Positions 61,316 through 64,000 of a stretch of DNA of 64,000 nt are shown one piece after another (positions within the stretch are counted from its first letter, which is position 1; the number at the start of each line of letters is the position of its first letter). This DNA is from an uncultured Polaromonas sp. (lineage in GTDB: Bacteria > Pseudomonadota > Gammaproteobacteria > Burkholderiales > Burkholderiaceae_C): NCBI GenBank assembly GCA_964488145.1, contig CAZATV010000001.1, positions 10,128 to 74,127 on the forward strand, in the 5' to 3' direction. A model generated the notes under the pieces. That model had not been told where the DNA came from, made no database searches, and was given only the letters and a program-made list of their open reading frames with translations. Made by a program: the position numbers and the translations under genes.

Positions 61316-63283
61316 ATGCTGGCCTATACCCATCCCAAAGCGTTCGATGTCCTCGTTGTCGGGGGCGGCCACGCCGGTACCGAGGCGGCGCTGGCTGCTG
61401 CGCGCATGGGTTGCAAGACCCTGCTGCTGACGCACAACATCGAAACCCTCGGCCAGATGAGCTGCAACCCTTCGATCGGTGGGATCGGCAAGGGCCATCT
61501 GGTCAAGGAGGTCGATGCGATGGGCGGGGCCATGGCCTTGGCCACCGATGAGGCGGGTATACAGTTTCGGATTCTCAACTCCAGCAAAGGACCGGCCGTA
61601 CGGGCCACCCGCGCCCAGGCCGACCGGGTGCTCTACAAGGCGGCCATTCGGCGCCGCCTGGAGAACCAGCCCGGGCTCTGGGTGTTCCAGCAAGCGGTAG
61701 ACGATCTGATCATTGAGGGTGACCGCGTGGCAGGGGCTGTAACGCAAGTGGGTATTCGCTTCAGGGCTCGCGCTGTGGTGCTCACGGCGGGTACCTTCCT
61801 GGATGGCAAGATCCATGTTGGCCTCAACCACTATGCTGCGGGCCGGGCCGGGGATCCACCTGCGGTCTCGCTCAGTGCTCGTCTGAAAGAGCTCAAGCTG
61901 CCTCAGGGACGCCTGAAAACAGGGACCCCGCCGCGCATCGATGGACGCACCATCGACTTTTCCAAGTGCATACGGCAGCCCGGCGACGGCATGGAAGGCG
62001 GTGAGGGTGGCCATGTTCCGGTGTTCAGCTTCATGGGCCACGCGGTGGCCCATCCCGCCCAGGTGCCTTGCTGGATCACCCACACCAACGCCCGCACTCA
62101 CGAGATCATTCGCTCCGGTTTTGATCGCAGTCCGATGTTCACCGGCAAGATCGATGGGGTGGGCCCGCGCTACTGTCCTAGCGTGGAGGACAAGATCAAC
62201 CGTTTTGCGAACAAGGAAAGCCATCAAATCTTCCTCGAACCCGAGGGGCTGAGTACCCACGAGTTCTATCCGAACGGGATTTCCACCAGCCTGCCCTTCG
62301 ACATTCAGTATGAGATGGTGCGCTCCATGGTTGGACTGGAGAACGCGCACATTCTGCGCCCTGGCTACGCCATCGAGTACGACTACTTCGACCCACGCGC
62401 GCTCAAGGCCAGCTTTGAAACCCGCGACATACGGGGCTTGTTTTTTGCCGGGCAGATCAACGGGACCACCGGCTATGAGGAGGCCGCGGCCCAGGGCCTG
62501 TTTGCTGGGATCAATGCGGCCTTGCAATGCCAGGACCGGGCGCCTTGGCTGCCGCGTCGGGATCAGGCCTACTTGGGGGTGTTGGTTGACGACCTCATCA
62601 CGAAGGGGGTGACTGAACCCTACCGCATGTTCACCAGTCGGGCCGAATACCGGCTGATGCTGCGCGAGGACAACGCCGACATGCGACTGACGGAACAGGC
62701 CCGGGCGCTCGGATTGATTGACGATGCTCGCTGGGCTGCTTTCAGTCGCAAGCAAGAAGCCATTGCGCGGGAGTCAGAGCGACTGCGCCAGCTCTGGGTG
62801 CATCCTGCCAAGCTGGCCCCTGCCGAGGCGAAGCGGGTTCTGGGGCAGGGCATTGAGCGCGAGTACCGCCTGATGGATCTGCTGCGCCGGCCTGGCGTTA
62901 GCTATGAGGCGCTGATGTCGCTGGAGGGCGGGGCCTACGCAGACCCCCAGCTTTTCTCGGCGCAGGACGACCCTGCTTTGCGGTCCGCAGTGATCGAGCA
63001 GATTGAGATATCGGCCAAGTACGCCGGGTACATCGATTTGCAGAAGACCGAGGTCGAGCGGGCGACCTACTATGAAAATCTCAAGCTGCCGGCCGAACTC
63101 GATTATCTGCAGGTGCCGGCCTTGAGCGTCGAGGTTCGGCAGAAGCTGGCCCGCCACCGCCCGGAGACTCTGGGTCAGGCCTCTCGCATTTCGGGGATCA
63201 CGCCGGCGGCCATTTCGCTGCTGCTGGTGCACCTGAAAAAGGGTCTTTGGAAACATCGCGACGCCGAGAAAGCGGCGGCATGA
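61316..63283 (+). CDS. mnmG: tRNA uridine-34 modification enzyme MnmG (GidA)
   Basis: [60 protein letters not shown]. Confidence 0.98.
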   Translation: MLAYTHPKAFDVLVVGGGHAGTEAALAAARMGCKTLLLTHNIETLGQMSCNPSIGGIGKGHLVKEVDAMGGAMALATDEAGIQFRILNSSKGPAVRATRAQADRVLYKAAIRRRLENQPGLWVFQQAVDDLIIEGDRVAGAVTQVGIRFRARAVVLTAGTFLDGKIHVGLNHYAAGRAGDPPAVSLSARLKELKLPQGRLKTGTPPRIDGRTIDFSKCIRQPGDGMEGGEGGHVPVFSFMGHAVAHPAQVPCWITHTNARTHEIIRSGFDRSPMFTGKIDGVGPRYCPSVEDKINRFANKESHQIFLEPEGLSTHEFYPNGISTSLPFDIQYEMVRSMVGLENAHILRPGYAIEYDYFDPRALKASFETRDIRGLFFAGQINGTTGYEEAAAQGLFAGINAALQCQDRAPWLPRRDQAYLGVLVDDLITKGVTEPYRMFTSRAEYRLMLREDNADMRLTEQARALGLIDDARWAAFSRKQEAIARESERLRQLWVHPAKLAPAEAKRVLGQGIEREYRLMDLLRRPGVSYEALMSLEGGAYADPQLFSAQDDPALRSAVIEQIEISAKYAGYIDLQKTEVERATYYENLKLPAELDYLQVPALSVEVRQKLARHRPETLGQASRISGITPAAISLLLVHLKKGLWKHRDAEKAAA

Positions 63284-63945
63284 TGGCCGACGACCCGCTG
63301 CGTCCGGCGCTCGATGCCGGGCTGGCTCAATTGGACTTGGCACTGGAGTCCGGGCAGCGCGAGAGTCTCCTGCAGTACCTGGCGCTGGTGGCCAAGTGGA
63401 ACCAGGTTTACAACCTGACGGCAGTACGTGAGCCGGCGCAGATGTTGACCCAGCATTTGCTGGACTGTCTGGCGGCGGTCCCGCCCCTGCAACGGCATCT
63501 GGCCGCACGGGGCGGCGTCGCGCGTGTGCTGGATGTGGGCTCGGGGGCGGGGTTGCCCGGCGCGGTTTGGGCACAGGTTCTGGGTGACCGTGTTGCGGTG
63601 ACGTGTGTGGATGCGGTGGCCAAGAAGGCTGCCTTCATTGCTCAGGTGGCGGCTGAGCTTGGCTTGAAGAACCTGTCGGGGCTGCATGCGCGGGTGGAGT
63701 CCTTGCCCGGCCCCTACGACCTGATGGTGTGCAGGGCGTTTTCGACCCTGGCTGATTTTGTGCGGGGCTCCGAGCGGGCGCTCGCGCCGGGCGGCCTTTG
63801 GCTGGCCATGAAGGGCAGGCGGCCTGAAGACGAGATCTCCGACTTGCCTTTGGCGGTGGAGCTGCTGCGCATCGAGCCCTTGCAGGTTCCGGGCCTGCAG
63901 GCCCAGCGCTGTCTGGTTTGGATGAGGCCGAGGGTGGCCGCTTAG
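63280..63945 (+). CDS. rsmG: 16S rRNA m7G527 methyltransferase (GidB)
   Basis: [30 protein letters not shown]; ATGA overlap with mnmG. Confidence 0.96.
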   Translation: MMADDPLRPALDAGLAQLDLALESGQRESLLQYLALVAKWNQVYNLTAVREPAQMLTQHLLDCLAAVPPLQRHLAARGGVARVLDVGSGAGLPGAVWAQVLGDRVAVTCVDAVAKKAAFIAQVAAELGLKNLSGLHARVESLPGPYDLMVCRAFSTLADFVRGSERALAPGGLWLAMKGRRPEDEISDLPLAVELLRIEPLQVPGLQAQRCLVWMRPRVAA

Positions 63946-63962
63946 CCTTCCCCGGTCTGGGT

Positions 63963-63978
63963 GGTTTCACGTGAAACA
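63963..63978. other. parS centromere-like site (ParB binding)
   Basis: GGTTTCACGTGAAACA, containing the 14-bp palindrome GTTTCACGTGAAAC; just after rsmG, where parAB usually follows. Confidence 0.88.
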
Positions 63979-64000
63979 GTCGGCGGGCGGCCCCGTCGGG

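Noticed and set aside
61250-62755. Long antisense ORFs (501 aa opposite mnmG, 423 aa at 10059, 464 aa at 36614 and others)
   Set aside because: Typical stop-poor shadow frames of GC-rich genes with no recognisable motifs.

Overview
64 kb of a GC-rich betaproteobacterial chromosome (gene content and order resemble Comamonadaceae/Burkholderiales; this is inference) spanning the replication origin. It holds mnmE-yidC-yidD-rnpA-rpmH <> dnaA-oriC-dnaN-gyrB and ends with mnmG-rsmG and a parS site. Most of the window is housekeeping (tsaB-rimI, maeB, lptD-surA-rsmA, amgK-rsmE, metXW, kdsDC-lptC, hutU, bktB). I saw no tRNA/rRNA, CRISPR array, integrase or transposase. Best candidates for undescribed biology: (1) a barnase-like RNase/barstar pair in which the barstar stop codon sits at the base of a perfect 13-bp hairpin just after a U_UUU slip site, and the -1 frame stays open for 55 coding-like codons ending in an ssrA-like tail (…NAGYWLTAA), suggesting a programmed frameshift that appends a degron; (2) a tightly coupled operon joining a Tat-exported IorAB-type molybdo-hydroxylase to a non-canonical SoxXYZA set (SoxY lacks GGCGG; no soxB/CD in the window); (3) a SAM-II riboswitch apparently wired to an intrinsic terminator controlling metX-metW-chrA; (4) an SD-sequestering hairpin with a U-rich loop before an RRM protein gene; (5) a perfect FNR-type box, rather than a CueR site, between copZ and copA. 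All calls were made by eye from motifs and synteny; no database searches were run.
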